A DNA stretch of 64,000 nt, from assembly GCA_016872555.1 (NCBI GenBank), contig VGZO01000004.1:76725-140724 (forward strand), written 5' to 3'. Of the stretch, positions 18,771 to 27,823 are shown piece after piece; the stretch's first letter is position 1, and the number at the start of each line of letters is the position of its first letter. The stretch is from Planctomycetota bacterium (GTDB taxonomy: Bacteria; Planctomycetota; Planctomycetia; Pirellulales; UBA1268). The notes below the pieces were generated by a model, which was not told where the DNA came from, did no database searches, and was given only the letters and a program-made list of their open reading frames with translations. The position numbers and the translations under genes are program-made.

Positions 18771-19753
18771 CGCCGGCGCTCCGCCCGGCGGCGATCGGCA
18801 TCGAGATCGGCGGCACCAAGCTCCAGTCGGCGATCGTGGCCGACGGCGGCGCCGTCCTCGTGCGCCGTGCCGACGCGGTCGCGCCCGCCGGCGGGGCGGA
18901 GGCGATCCGCGCCGCGCTCTCCGGCCAGTTGGCCGATCTGCTCACCACAGCGCACGGCACCAGGGGCGCGATCCGTGCCGTCGGGATCGGCTTCGGCGGT
19001 CCGGTCGACCGGGCCCGTGGGGTGGTGGCGACGAGTTTCCACGTCGGCGGCTGGGCTGATTTCCCCCTCGCCGCCTGGGTCGCCGACGAAGTCCGCGCCC
19101 CCTTGGGAGCTGTCCCCTGCGTCCTTGAAAACGACTCCAACGCCGCGGCGCTGGCCGAGGCCACGGTCGGCGCCGGGCGGGGCGCACGGGTCGTCTTCTA
19201 CACCAACTCCGGCAGCGGGATCGGCGCCGGATTGGTGATCGCCGGCCGGCTCTACCACGGCCGCTCCGGCGGCGAGATGGAACTGGGGCACCTGCGTCTC
19301 GCCGCCGACGGCGGGATCCTCGAGGAGGTGGCCTCCGGCTGGGCGATCGACCGCCGCGTGCGCGCGGAGATCGCCGGCGCGCCATCGGGGTGCCTCGCCC
19401 GGCTCGCCGCCGCCACTCACGATCCCCCCTCGGCACGCCTCCTTCCCGCCGCACTCGCGGCGGGCGACGCCGCCGCGAGTGACATCCTCGCCGGCGCCGC
19501 CGCCCCCTACGCCCATGCGCTGGCGCACGTCGTCCAGCTCGTCAATCCCGACGTCATCGTCCTCGGCGGCGGTGTGGCGACGATCGGAGAAGCGTGGCGT
19601 GCGGCGGTCGCGGCCCGGCTCACGCCGCTGGTGATGGAGCCGTTTCGCCCGGGTCCCCCGGTCCGCCTGGCGGCGCTCGGGGCCGACGTCGTTCCGGTCG
19701 GTGCGGCGCTGGCGGCGCTCGACGATTGCGGGCGATCGCCTGACGGGGCATGA
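18767..19753 (+). CDS. ROK family sugar kinase/regulator-like protein
   Basis: GTG start overlapping the upstream stop (GTGA). IGIEIGGTKL, GIGFGGPVD, ENDSNAAALAE, GSGIGAGLV. The usual Cys-rich Zn motif after GHL is absent (GHLRLAADGGILEE). Confidence 0.8.
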   Translation: MTPALRPAAIGIEIGGTKLQSAIVADGGAVLVRRADAVAPAGGAEAIRAALSGQLADLLTTAHGTRGAIRAVGIGFGGPVDRARGVVATSFHVGGWADFPLAAWVADEVRAPLGAVPCVLENDSNAAALAEATVGAGRGARVVFYTNSGSGIGAGLVIAGRLYHGRSGGEMELGHLRLAADGGILEEVASGWAIDRRVRAEIAGAPSGCLARLAAATHDPPSARLLPAALAAGDAAASDILAGAAAPYAHALAHVVQLVNPDVIVLGGGVATIGEAWRAAVAARLTPLVMEPFRPGPPVRLAALGADVVPVGAALAALDDCGRSPDGA

Positions 19754-19789
19754 TCGGGGATCGAGTGCCCCGTCCCCGGAGCAGGCTGC

Positions 19790-20365
19790 ATGTCCGAACC
19801 GTCCCTCGTCGATTGGGTCGCCAGCTACGTCGCCCACCAGGACCGGGCGATCTCCTCGGTGCCGACGGTCGCCATCGCCGCCGCAATCGAACTGGTGCGG
19901 CGCGCGGGGCGCGAGGGGAAGAGGATCTTCGTCTGCGGCAACGGCGGCAGTGCGGCCAACGCGTCCCATTTCGTCACCGACCTCGGAAAAAACGCCTCCG
20001 AAGCGGCGGGGCGACCGTTCCGTGTGCTGTCCCTCGCCGACAACGTCTCGTGGATCACCGCGATCGGCAACGACTACGCCTACGAGGACATCTTCGTCCG
20101 TCAACTGGGCAACCATGCCGCCGCCGGTGACGTTCTGATCCTGGCGAGCGTCAGCGGCAACTCGCCGAACCTCGTGAAGGCCGCCGAGTACGCGCGCCGC
20201 GAGGGGCTCGCAACCCTGGCCCTCGTCGGCGGCAAGCGGGGCCGGTTGGCCGATCTGTGCGACCACGTGCTCGTGGTCGACGACCATCACTACGGCCGGG
20301 TCGAGGATGCCCAGATGAACATCCTCCACATGATCTGCTATGCCGTCGTGGAGCTGAGCGGCTGA
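19790..20365 (+). CDS. SIS-domain sugar-phosphate isomerase (GmhA/phosphoheptose isomerase-like)
   Basis: IFVCGNGGSAANASHFVTDL and ILASVSGNSPN motifs. GGAG RBS upstream. Confidence 0.8.
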   Translation: MSEPSLVDWVASYVAHQDRAISSVPTVAIAAAIELVRRAGREGKRIFVCGNGGSAANASHFVTDLGKNASEAAGRPFRVLSLADNVSWITAIGNDYAYEDIFVRQLGNHAAAGDVLILASVSGNSPNLVKAAEYARREGLATLALVGGKRGRLADLCDHVLVVDDHHYGRVEDAQMNILHMICYAVVELSG

Positions 20366-20459
20366 GCGGATCGCTGGGGCGATCAACGCCGCCCGCGGCC
20401 TGGCGAAGTGGAGCGATTCGCCCCAGGTGGCGCTCCCGTCGCCGCGTCACCTGAAGTCC

Positions 20460-20494
20460 GACGCGGAAAAAACTCTCGTTTCTGCGTCGTTTTT
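20460..20494 (+). terminator. Rho-independent terminator candidate downstream of the SIS gene
   Basis: GACGCGGAAA / TTTCTGCGTC 10-bp stem with one G-U pair, 9-nt loop, followed by GTTTTTCG. Confidence 0.5.
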
Positions 20495-20531
20495 CGCCAA
20501 TTAAGCCTGTCTTCTCCCGATTCCGCCTTGC

Positions 20532-20547
20532 TGGCACACGGCTTGCA
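20532..20547 (+). promoter_or_regulatory. Sigma54 (-24/-12) promoter candidate
   Basis: TGGCAC-ACGGC-TTGCA matches TGGCAC-N5-TTGCW exactly. It lies 64 nt upstream of the PEP-CTERM gene ATG. It is the only such match I found in the window. Confidence 0.5.
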
Positions 20548-20610
20548 CAGTGCTTGGACGAGTTCTGCGCTGGGGCAGCGCGACTCAGTCCCGAGAGGAG
20601 ATGACTGGCC

Positions 20611-21456
20611 ATGTCCAGCCAGGGTCGCCATTGCGCGCGGTGGAGCGGATGGTTCGTGACGGCGGTGTCGATGATCGCCTGCGCCGGCCCGACGGTCGCC
20701 GGCACCATCGAGACGTTTTCCGGGCCGGGGGCCCAGTCGTGGTTCACCAACACGGTCGTCGCCGGCGGCACGAACCGGTACGCCGCGTCGTTCGGCGTCT
20801 CGGGAACCAATCCCACGACCGAACCGCTGACGTTCCCGACTCCCAATGCCGTCAATGGCTATCAGTACCAGCTCACCACGTCGGGGAGCTTCGGCTTCGT
20901 GCAGACCCCGGTCGGTCTGTCGGCTGCCGGATTGGACACCGCCACGAAGACCCTGATCATCACGCCCCTGACCGGTGACGGTCTGCGCCTACCGACCGCC
21001 GTTGGCGCCAATTTCTCACTATGGAATTTCGACACCGGGCAACTGGTCAGCGGGACGATCTCGATCTCGGTCAACAACGCGACGGCGCAGACCTTTTCGG
21101 TCACCACCGGGACGTCGCCGAGCGACAATTATATCGGCTTCGCGTCGTACGTGAATCCGATCGAGCCGATCACGTCGCTGCGGGTGAACTACGTGTCGGC
21201 AGGTTCGTTTCCCAACGACACGAACACCTACGTCACCGTCAACAACATGCTCGTCGGCGTCGCCGTGCCGGAGCCGTCGACGATGATGCTCGCCGGCGTC
21301 GGTTTGGTAGGCGCCTGCGTCGCCGGCATGCGCAAGAAACGGCGCGTCACCACGGCGCTGCTGATCGCCGCAATGACGAGCGTCTCGCTCAACGCGATCA
21401 GCGTCTCACCGACCGGCCGGCCGATCACACCTCAGAGCATCACCCGGACGGCGTGA
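20611..21456 (+). CDS. PEP-CTERM sorting-domain protein with unusual C-terminal extension
   Basis: Signal-like N-terminus. Thr/Ser/Asn-rich body. VPEPSTMMLAGVGLVGACVAGMRKKRR (PEP motif + TM helix + basic cluster) followed by 36 more residues. GC is lower than in the neighbours, by eye. Confidence 0.8.
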   Translation: MSSQGRHCARWSGWFVTAVSMIACAGPTVAGTIETFSGPGAQSWFTNTVVAGGTNRYAASFGVSGTNPTTEPLTFPTPNAVNGYQYQLTTSGSFGFVQTPVGLSAAGLDTATKTLIITPLTGDGLRLPTAVGANFSLWNFDTGQLVSGTISISVNNATAQTFSVTTGTSPSDNYIGFASYVNPIEPITSLRVNYVSAGSFPNDTNTYVTVNNMLVGVAVPEPSTMMLAGVGLVGACVAGMRKKRRVTTALLIAAMTSVSLNAISVSPTGRPITPQSITRTA

Positions 21457-21485
21457 GCGGCTGGCAATCGACGGGCCTTCGGGCG

Positions 21486-21527
21486 CCCCGCCAGCGACCG
21501 GTTCTCCGGCCGTCGGCGGGGCGTTTT
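21486..21527 (+). terminator. Imperfect GC-rich hairpin + TTTT, candidate terminator after the PEP-CTERM gene
   Basis: CCCCGC...CCGG ttct CCGG...GCGGGG with an internal mismatch block, then CGTTTTCG. Confidence 0.3.
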
Positions 21528-21649
21528 CGTGTCGTCCGGCGCCAGGTACACTCGCCGCCATCGGTGTGGGGAGACTGGCGGCCGCGAGGCCGCGGTGGGA
21601 TCCTGCCGACCGACGGCAAAACCGATTCCTTCCATATTCGGAGGCTCGC

Positions 21650-23053
21650 ATGGCCATCCAACCGATCCTGCCACGGCGTCCGGTCGTGGCCACGCGACCG
21701 TCGCGGCGCGACTTCCTCGGCCGTGGCATCGCTGCCGCGTCGGCGGCCGGGACCGTGCTCGCCCTCCGCGCTCCGGCGGTCCATGCCGCCGGCAGCGACC
21801 AGATCCCGGCGGCGCTGATCGGCTGCGGCGGTCGTGGCGGCGGCGCGGCGGTCGACGCCCTCTCGGTGTCGGGCAAGCCGGTCAAGATCGTCGCCTTGGC
21901 CGACGTCTTCAAGGACCGCGCCGAGATCGTCCGCCGTTCGATCGGCGAGCAGTTCAAGGATCAGGTCGACGTCCCGGACGACCGGGTGTTCATCGGTTTC
22001 GACGCCTACGACAAGGCGATCGAGTCGCTCGCGCCCGGCGGGATCGCGATCTTCGCGACGCCGGTCGCCTTCCGTGCGGCTCACTTCGCCAAGGCGATCG
22101 AGAGGGGCTGCCACGTGTTCATGGAGAAGCCGGTCTCGATCGACGGCCCGAGCACCAAGCGGATCATCGAACTGGCCGCCAAGGCTGACGAGAAGAAACT
22201 CAAGGTCGGCGTCGGGCTGATGTGCCGCCACTGCGACCGCCGCCGCGAACTGTTCGACCGGCTCCGCGCCGGCGAGGCGGGGGAATTGATGGACTTCCGC
22301 GGCTACCGGATGCACACGCCGGCCCAGAGCTTCGAACTGTTTCCCGGTCCGCCCGAAGGGCTCAGCGAACTGCTCTGGCAGATCCGGCGGTTCCACGGCT
22401 TCCTCTGGGCCAGCGGCGGGATCTACAGCGACTACTACGTCCACCACATCGACGAGGTGTGCTGGATGAAGGGGGGCTGGCCGGTGAAGGCCGAGGCCAC
22501 CGGCGGACGGCACTACAAGGGACGGCTCGACGACCAGAACTTCGACAACTACGCCGTCGAATACACGTTCGACGACGGGACGAAGTTCTTCTATTCGGGT
22601 CGGCACACGAAGAACTGCGACCAGAAGTTCGGCGTCTTCGGCCAGGGCACGAAGGGGGCATTCACGATCTCCGCCAGCGGCCATTCCCCCGCCAAGTGCG
22701 CGATCTACAAGGGACAGAAGTCGGAGAAGGACAATCTCGTCTGGACGGCCGAGCAGCCGGAGCCCAATCCCTACCGCCGCGAGTGGGAGCACCTCGTCGC
22801 TGCGATCCTCGCCGACGAGCCCTACAACGAAGCCGTCCGCGGGGCGGAGGCGAGCCTGGCGACGGCGATGGGGCGTGTGGCGGCCCACACCGGGAAGGCG
22901 GTCACGTTCGACGAATTGCTCAACAGCCCCGACGACATGACCGCCGGCGTGGCGACGTTCACCGCCGACTCGCCGGCACCGGTCACGCTCGGTCCCGACT
23001 TCAGCTACCCCGTGCCGATGCCGGGGCGGTTCAAGTACGAATACCACGACTGA
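21650..23053 (+). CDS. TAT-exported Gfo/Idh/MocA family oxidoreductase
   Basis: GGAGG RBS. SRRDFLGRGIAAASAAG twin-arginine leader. IGCGGRGGGA dinucleotide motif. FMEKPV. Paralogous to 43889..45271. Confidence 0.85.
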   Translation: MAIQPILPRRPVVATRPSRRDFLGRGIAAASAAGTVLALRAPAVHAAGSDQIPAALIGCGGRGGGAAVDALSVSGKPVKIVALADVFKDRAEIVRRSIGEQFKDQVDVPDDRVFIGFDAYDKAIESLAPGGIAIFATPVAFRAAHFAKAIERGCHVFMEKPVSIDGPSTKRIIELAAKADEKKLKVGVGLMCRHCDRRRELFDRLRAGEAGELMDFRGYRMHTPAQSFELFPGPPEGLSELLWQIRRFHGFLWASGGIYSDYYVHHIDEVCWMKGGWPVKAEATGGRHYKGRLDDQNFDNYAVEYTFDDGTKFFYSGRHTKNCDQKFGVFGQGTKGAFTISASGHSPAKCAIYKGQKSEKDNLVWTAEQPEPNPYRREWEHLVAAILADEPYNEAVRGAEASLATAMGRVAAHTGKAVTFDELLNSPDDMTAGVATFTADSPAPVTLGPDFSYPVPMPGRFKYEYHD

Positions 23054-23061
23054 CACGCACC

Positions 23062-23772
23062 ATGCGACCGATCGTCCAGATCTCGCTCGACCTCACGAAC
23101 CTCGACGAGGCGCTGGCGACCGCCGCGATGGCGCTCGGCGCCGGGGTCGATTGGCTGGAGGCGGGCACACCCTTGATCCTCGCCGAGGGGCTGCACGGCG
23201 TTCGCGCGCTGCGGCAGGCATTTCCGGGGGTGCCGATCGTCGCCGACCTGAAGACGATGGACGGCGGCTACCTCGAGGCGGAGATGATGGCCAAGGCGGG
23301 CGCGACCCATGTCGTCGTCATGGCCCGCGCGCACGAAGAGACGATCAAGTGCGTTGTCCGGGCGGGGGCCGACTTCGGTGCCAAGGTGATGGGCGACAAC
23401 ATGGTCTGCCCCGACATGGTCGCCGGGGCGAAGTGGCTCGAGGACCTCGGCTGCGACTACGTCGTCCACCATGTCGGCTACGACGAACGGCGCGGGATCG
23501 CCGCCGCGGGCCGGCGCATGCCCAGCCCCCTCGACCAACTCCGCGAGGTCGTCGCCGCGGTCCGTGTGCCGGTCCAGGCGGTGGGAGGCCTGTCGCTCGA
23601 GCAGGCGATCGCCTGCCCGTCCTACGGCGCGCCGCTGGTCGTGCTCGGGGCGCCGCTGACGATCGACGCCGACGCCTTCCGCACCGCCGACGGCAACCTT
23701 GCCGCGTCGCTGCGAATGATCTGCGACGCCGTCCATTCCCAGCGCGTCCCCGACCGCAGCCCGGGGGCCTGA
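23062..23772 (+). CDS. 3-hexulose-6-phosphate synthase / 3-keto-L-gulonate-6-P decarboxylase family (OMPDC suprafamily)
   Basis: MRPIVQISLDL...WLEAGTPLI...VADLKTMDGG (DxKxxD signature)...VQAVGGL. Confidence 0.75.
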   Translation: MRPIVQISLDLTNLDEALATAAMALGAGVDWLEAGTPLILAEGLHGVRALRQAFPGVPIVADLKTMDGGYLEAEMMAKAGATHVVVMARAHEETIKCVVRAGADFGAKVMGDNMVCPDMVAGAKWLEDLGCDYVVHHVGYDERRGIAAAGRRMPSPLDQLREVVAAVRVPVQAVGGLSLEQAIACPSYGAPLVVLGAPLTIDADAFRTADGNLAASLRMICDAVHSQRVPDRSPGA

Positions 23773-23811
23773 CCGCGCCCTGACCGCCCCCCGCCTTCCG
23801 AGGCCGTCCCG

Positions 23812-24834
23812 ATGCCCACCGCCGTCGTCAACTTCGCCGCCGCCCGCGGCTCGGTCGAGCTCCGCGACGTCACGCCGCCGGCCATCGGAGACACCGACGT
23901 CCTCCTCGAGGTCGCCAACGTCGGCGTCTGCGGCAGCGATCTCCACCAGTGGACCGGCGACCATTCCTGGCAGGTCAACTATCCAGTCGTCCTCGGCCAC
24001 GAGTTCTGCGGCACGATCGCAGCGGTGGGGAGCGAGGTCCGCGGCTGGCGCGAGGGCGCGCGCGTCGTCAGCGAGACCGCGGCGGTCATCGATCCTGACT
24101 GCCCACTCTCGCGGCGCGGGCTCTACAACCTCGACCCGTCGCGGAAAGGGTTCGGCTACGGCGTCGACGGTGCGATGACACGCTTTGTCCGCGTCCCGTC
24201 CCGGATCCTCCACGCCATCCCCGACCATCTCCCGTTCGAGCAGGCCTGCCTGACGGAGCCCTGCTGCGTCGCCTACTCGGCCGTGGTGAAGAACGCACGG
24301 ATCGAACCCGGCGACCGCGTCGTCGTCCTCGGCCCGGGCACGATCGGGATTCTCTGCGCGGCGATGGCGAGGCTGTGTGGGGCCGACGTGGCCGTCGTCG
24401 GTCTGGCCGGCGACACCACGCGGCTCGAGGTCGCGCGGCGGTACGGCTGCGAGCCGATCGTCGGCGACGCCCGCGACTGGGCGCTGGCCCGCGACGGCCT
24501 CGGCTGCGACGGCGTCATCGACGCAGCCGGCGTCAGCGCCACGCTCCAGGCCGCGCTCGACCTCGTCCGCCCAGCCGGCTGGATCAGCAAGGTGGGGTGG
24601 GGGCGGGCGCCGCTGGGCTTCAGCCTCGATCCGCTCGTCCAGAAGAACGTCACCCTCCAGGGGAGCTTCAGCCACAACTGGCCGATCTGGGAGCGAGTCA
24701 TCGCGCTGCTGTCGTCGGGACGTTTCGATGTCCGCCCGATCATCGGCGGCGTCTGGTCGTTCGAGCACTGGCACGATGCCTTCGAGCAGATGCACTCCGG
24801 AGCGGTGGTGAAGAGCGTCCTCGCCCCGACCTGA
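23812..24834 (+). CDS. Zn-dependent medium-chain alcohol/polyol dehydrogenase
   Basis: GVCGSDLH, GHEFCG, GPGTIG motifs. Confidence 0.85.
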   Translation: MPTAVVNFAAARGSVELRDVTPPAIGDTDVLLEVANVGVCGSDLHQWTGDHSWQVNYPVVLGHEFCGTIAAVGSEVRGWREGARVVSETAAVIDPDCPLSRRGLYNLDPSRKGFGYGVDGAMTRFVRVPSRILHAIPDHLPFEQACLTEPCCVAYSAVVKNARIEPGDRVVVLGPGTIGILCAAMARLCGADVAVVGLAGDTTRLEVARRYGCEPIVGDARDWALARDGLGCDGVIDAAGVSATLQAALDLVRPAGWISKVGWGRAPLGFSLDPLVQKNVTLQGSFSHNWPIWERVIALLSSGRFDVRPIIGGVWSFEHWHDAFEQMHSGAVVKSVLAPT

Positions 24835-24843
24835 ACGCCCTCC

Positions 24844-26055
24844 GTGGCCACTCCCCCCACCCCCGCCGCCGGCGACCTCGTCGTCCACGGCGGCACGCTC
24901 GTCCTCCCCGATCGGCTCGTGCCGGAGGGGAGCGTCGTCTGCCGTGGCGGCCGGATCGTCGCGGTCGGCCCGCTGGCAGCCCGGCCCGCCGGCGTGACCG
25001 CCATCGACGCCCGGGGGGGCCTGATCGCCCCCGGATTCGTCGACCTCCACGTCCATGGTGGTGGCGGCGCCGACTTCATGGATGCCACGCCCGATGCGGT
25101 GCGCCGCGTCCTCGCCTGCCATGCCAGGCACGGGACGACGACGCTGTTTCCCACCACCACGACCGGCGCCCCGGCCGAGATCGCGGCGCTGCTGGCGGCC
25201 TGCCGCGCGGTGCGCGACTCCTGGACCCCCGCCGCGGGGGCGCGGATCGCCGGGGTCCACGTCTACGGTCCCTACTTCGCCGCCGACAAGGTCGGCTGCC
25301 ACCCATCCTCAGGCCGCCGTGATCCCCTGCCGCGCGAGTACCGCGGCTGGTTCCGTGACGATCTGGTGCGGATCGCCACCTGCGCCGCCGAACTGCCGGG
25401 GGCGGTGGCGTTCTACCGCACCGCGGCGCGGCGCGGCTGCCTCGTGACCTGCGGCCACTCCAATGCCACCTGGGGAGAGATGGCCACCGCGTTCCGCGCC
25501 GGCGTGCGCCACGTCGATCACTTCTGGTGCGCGATGAGCTCCGTGACCTCGCTCCGCGCCCGCTGCGGGACGCCGATGGAGGCGGGGATGGAGCAGTTCG
25601 TGCTCGCCACGCCGGAGATGGGGACCGAGGTGATCGCCGATGGCGCCCACCTCGGCCCGGAGTTGCTCGCCTTCGCCCTTTCGATGCTCGGGCCGCGCCG
25701 GTTGTGCCTGGTGACCGACTCAAGCCGGGCCCTCGACATGCCGCCGGGGCGTTACCGGTTCGGCCACGAAGCCCGAGGCAGCTGGTTCGAGAGCGATGGC
25801 TCCGTCGGCCGGGCCGCCGGCTCGCTGGCCAGTTCGGTCGTCGGCATGGACCACTGCGTGCGCACGATGCAGTCCGCGACCCGCGCCGACCTGCCGACGG
25901 TGATCCGCCTCGCCAGCCTGACCCCCGCCGAACGGGCCGGGATCGCCGCCGAGGTCGGGAGCCTCGAGCCCGGCAAGCGGGCCGACATCCTCCTCCTTTC
26001 GCGGCGGCTGGCCGTCCGCCGCACGATCATCGCCGGGGTCCCGCTGCCGGGCTGA
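24844..26055 (+). CDS. nagA: N-acetylglucosamine-6-phosphate deacetylase
   Basis: GTG start. GFVDLHVHGGGGADF, TTLFPTT, HSNAT, HFWCAM amidohydrolase pattern typical of NagA. Confidence 0.8.
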   Translation: MATPPTPAAGDLVVHGGTLVLPDRLVPEGSVVCRGGRIVAVGPLAARPAGVTAIDARGGLIAPGFVDLHVHGGGGADFMDATPDAVRRVLACHARHGTTTLFPTTTTGAPAEIAALLAACRAVRDSWTPAAGARIAGVHVYGPYFAADKVGCHPSSGRRDPLPREYRGWFRDDLVRIATCAAELPGAVAFYRTAARRGCLVTCGHSNATWGEMATAFRAGVRHVDHFWCAMSSVTSLRARCGTPMEAGMEQFVLATPEMGTEVIADGAHLGPELLAFALSMLGPRRLCLVTDSSRALDMPPGRYRFGHEARGSWFESDGSVGRAAGSLASSVVGMDHCVRTMQSATRADLPTVIRLASLTPAERAGIAAEVGSLEPGKRADILLLSRRLAVRRTIIAGVPLPG

Positions 26056-26096
26056 TCGCCGGCGCCGGTAAGATCGGTGCCCCTTGGAGCCTGCCG

Positions 26097-26909
26097 ATGC
26101 GCCTCGCCGACAAGGTCGTGATCGTCACCGGCAGCGCGACCGGAATCGGCCGCGCGATCGCCCTCCGCGCGGCCGCCGAGGGCGCGCGGGTCGTCGTCCA
26201 CGGTCTCGAGCCCGACCTCGTCGCCGGTGTGGTGGCCGCGGTCGGTGCGGCCGACGGTGTCGCGCGGGGCGTGGGCCACGTCGGCGAGCTGACCGAGGCC
26301 CACTGCCCGCGGACGCTCGTCGATCTGGCCGTCGACCACTTCGGCCGACTCGACGCCGTCGTCAACAACGCGGCCGCGGTCGTCACCGGCGACGTCCGCT
26401 CCACCGACGCCGCGCTGTTCGAGCGCGTGATGCGCGTCAACGCGCTGGTGCCGCTGCTCCTCGTCCAGGCGGCGCTGCCGGCGCTCGCCGCCACCCGCGG
26501 CGCCGTCCTCAACATCGGCAGCATCAACGCCTGGAGCGGCGAGCCCAACCTCCTCCCCTACTCGATGTCGAAAGGCGCGCTGGCGACGCTGACGCGCAAC
26601 CTCGGCGACGTGCTGTTCCGCGAGGAGGGGATCCGCGTCAACCAAATCAACCCCGGCTGGGTGCTCACGGAGAACGAATCTTCGCGGAAACGGAGCCAGG
26701 GGTTCGAGGCCGAATGGGAGCGGCGGATCCCGCGCGAATTCGCCCCGTCGGGGCGGCTGTTCACGCCGGCGGAGATCGCCGCCGTCGCGGTCGGCTTCCT
26801 CGCCGACGAGTCGGGACCGGTCAGCGGCCAGGTCTGCGACCTCGAACAATACCCTGTCATCGGCCGCAACCCGCTCAAGTACCTCGCCCCGAAGGCCCCC
26901 TCCCCATGA
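26097..26909 (+). CDS. SDR family oxidoreductase
   Basis: GGAG RBS. VTGSATGIGRAIA (TGxxxGxG). NNAA. YSMSKGA (YxxxK). Confidence 0.85.
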   Translation: MRLADKVVIVTGSATGIGRAIALRAAAEGARVVVHGLEPDLVAGVVAAVGAADGVARGVGHVGELTEAHCPRTLVDLAVDHFGRLDAVVNNAAAVVTGDVRSTDAALFERVMRVNALVPLLLVQAALPALAATRGAVLNIGSINAWSGEPNLLPYSMSKGALATLTRNLGDVLFREEGIRVNQINPGWVLTENESSRKRSQGFEAEWERRIPREFAPSGRLFTPAEIAAVAVGFLADESGPVSGQVCDLEQYPVIGRNPLKYLAPKAPSP

Positions 26910-27814
26910 CCGCATCCCCGCGCCCGCGGCTGGCAGCGTTTCCCAAGGCCTACATGCAGGCGCTGTGCCGCGACGGCAGCATGCGGCTGGCCGAGTGGAT
27001 CGACCTCGCCGCGACGCTCGACCTCGACGGGCTCGAGTGGTACGCCGGGTTCCTCGAGATGGCCGACGCGGCCCGCTGGCCGGGATTCCGCCGGATGGTC
27101 GAGGAGCGCGGGATGACGATCCCGATGTTCTGCTGCTCCCCCGACTTCACCCATCCCGATGCCGGCTTCCGCCGCGCCCAGATCGAGCGGCAGATCCAGT
27201 GGATCGACACCGCCCACGCCCTGGGGGCGTCGTTCTGCCGCGTCCTCTCCGGCCAGCGCCGCCCGGAGCTGGCGGAGGCGGCGGGGCTCGACCTCGCCGC
27301 CGACTGCATCCGGGCCTGCCTGCCCCACGCCCGCAGCCGGGGCGTGACGCTCGTCCTCGAGAACCACTACAAGGACGACTTCTGGGACTATCCCGAGTTC
27401 GCCCAGCGGCGTGACGCCTTCGTCGGCCTCGTCGAGCGGATCCCGGACGCCGGGTTCGGCGTCAACTACGATCCTTCCAACGCCTACCTCGCCGGCGACG
27501 ATCCGCTCGACCTGCTCCGCCGCGTCTCCCACCGCGTGGTCACGATGCACGCCAGCGACCGCTTCCTGATCGAGGGCACGCTCGACGACCTGCGCCGCGA
27601 GGAGGGGGGCAGCCAGGGCTACGCCCGCCGCCTCCGCCACGGCGAGATCGGAAAGGGACTCAACGACTACGACGCGATCTTCACCGAACTGCGTGCCCGA
27701 GGCTTCGCCGGGTGGATCAGCATCGAGGACGGCGTCGACGGCGTGGATCAGCTGGCCCGCAGCGTCATCTTCCTCCGTGGCAAGATCGCCGAATACTGGC
27801 CGGCCGGCGTCTGA
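26906..27814 (+). CDS. Sugar phosphate isomerase/epimerase (xylose-isomerase-like TIM barrel)
   Basis: ATGA overlap with the SDR gene. LDGLEW, VLENHY, VNYDPSN, SIED pattern of the AP-endonuclease-2/xylose-isomerase-like fold. Confidence 0.75.
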   Translation: MTASPRPRLAAFPKAYMQALCRDGSMRLAEWIDLAATLDLDGLEWYAGFLEMADAARWPGFRRMVEERGMTIPMFCCSPDFTHPDAGFRRAQIERQIQWIDTAHALGASFCRVLSGQRRPELAEAAGLDLAADCIRACLPHARSRGVTLVLENHYKDDFWDYPEFAQRRDAFVGLVERIPDAGFGVNYDPSNAYLAGDDPLDLLRRVSHRVVTMHASDRFLIEGTLDDLRREEGGSQGYARRLRHGEIGKGLNDYDAIFTELRARGFAGWISIEDGVDGVDQLARSVIFLRGKIAEYWPAGV

Positions 27815-27823
27815 GCGCCTGCT

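Noticed and set aside
20550-20978. 142-aa ORF overlapping the start of the PEP-CTERM gene, using the ATG at 20601 right after the GAGGAG motif.
   Set aside because: The translation is Arg/Asp-rich with no motifs. The alternative frame from 20611 gives a coherent PEP-CTERM protein with a signal-like N-terminus.
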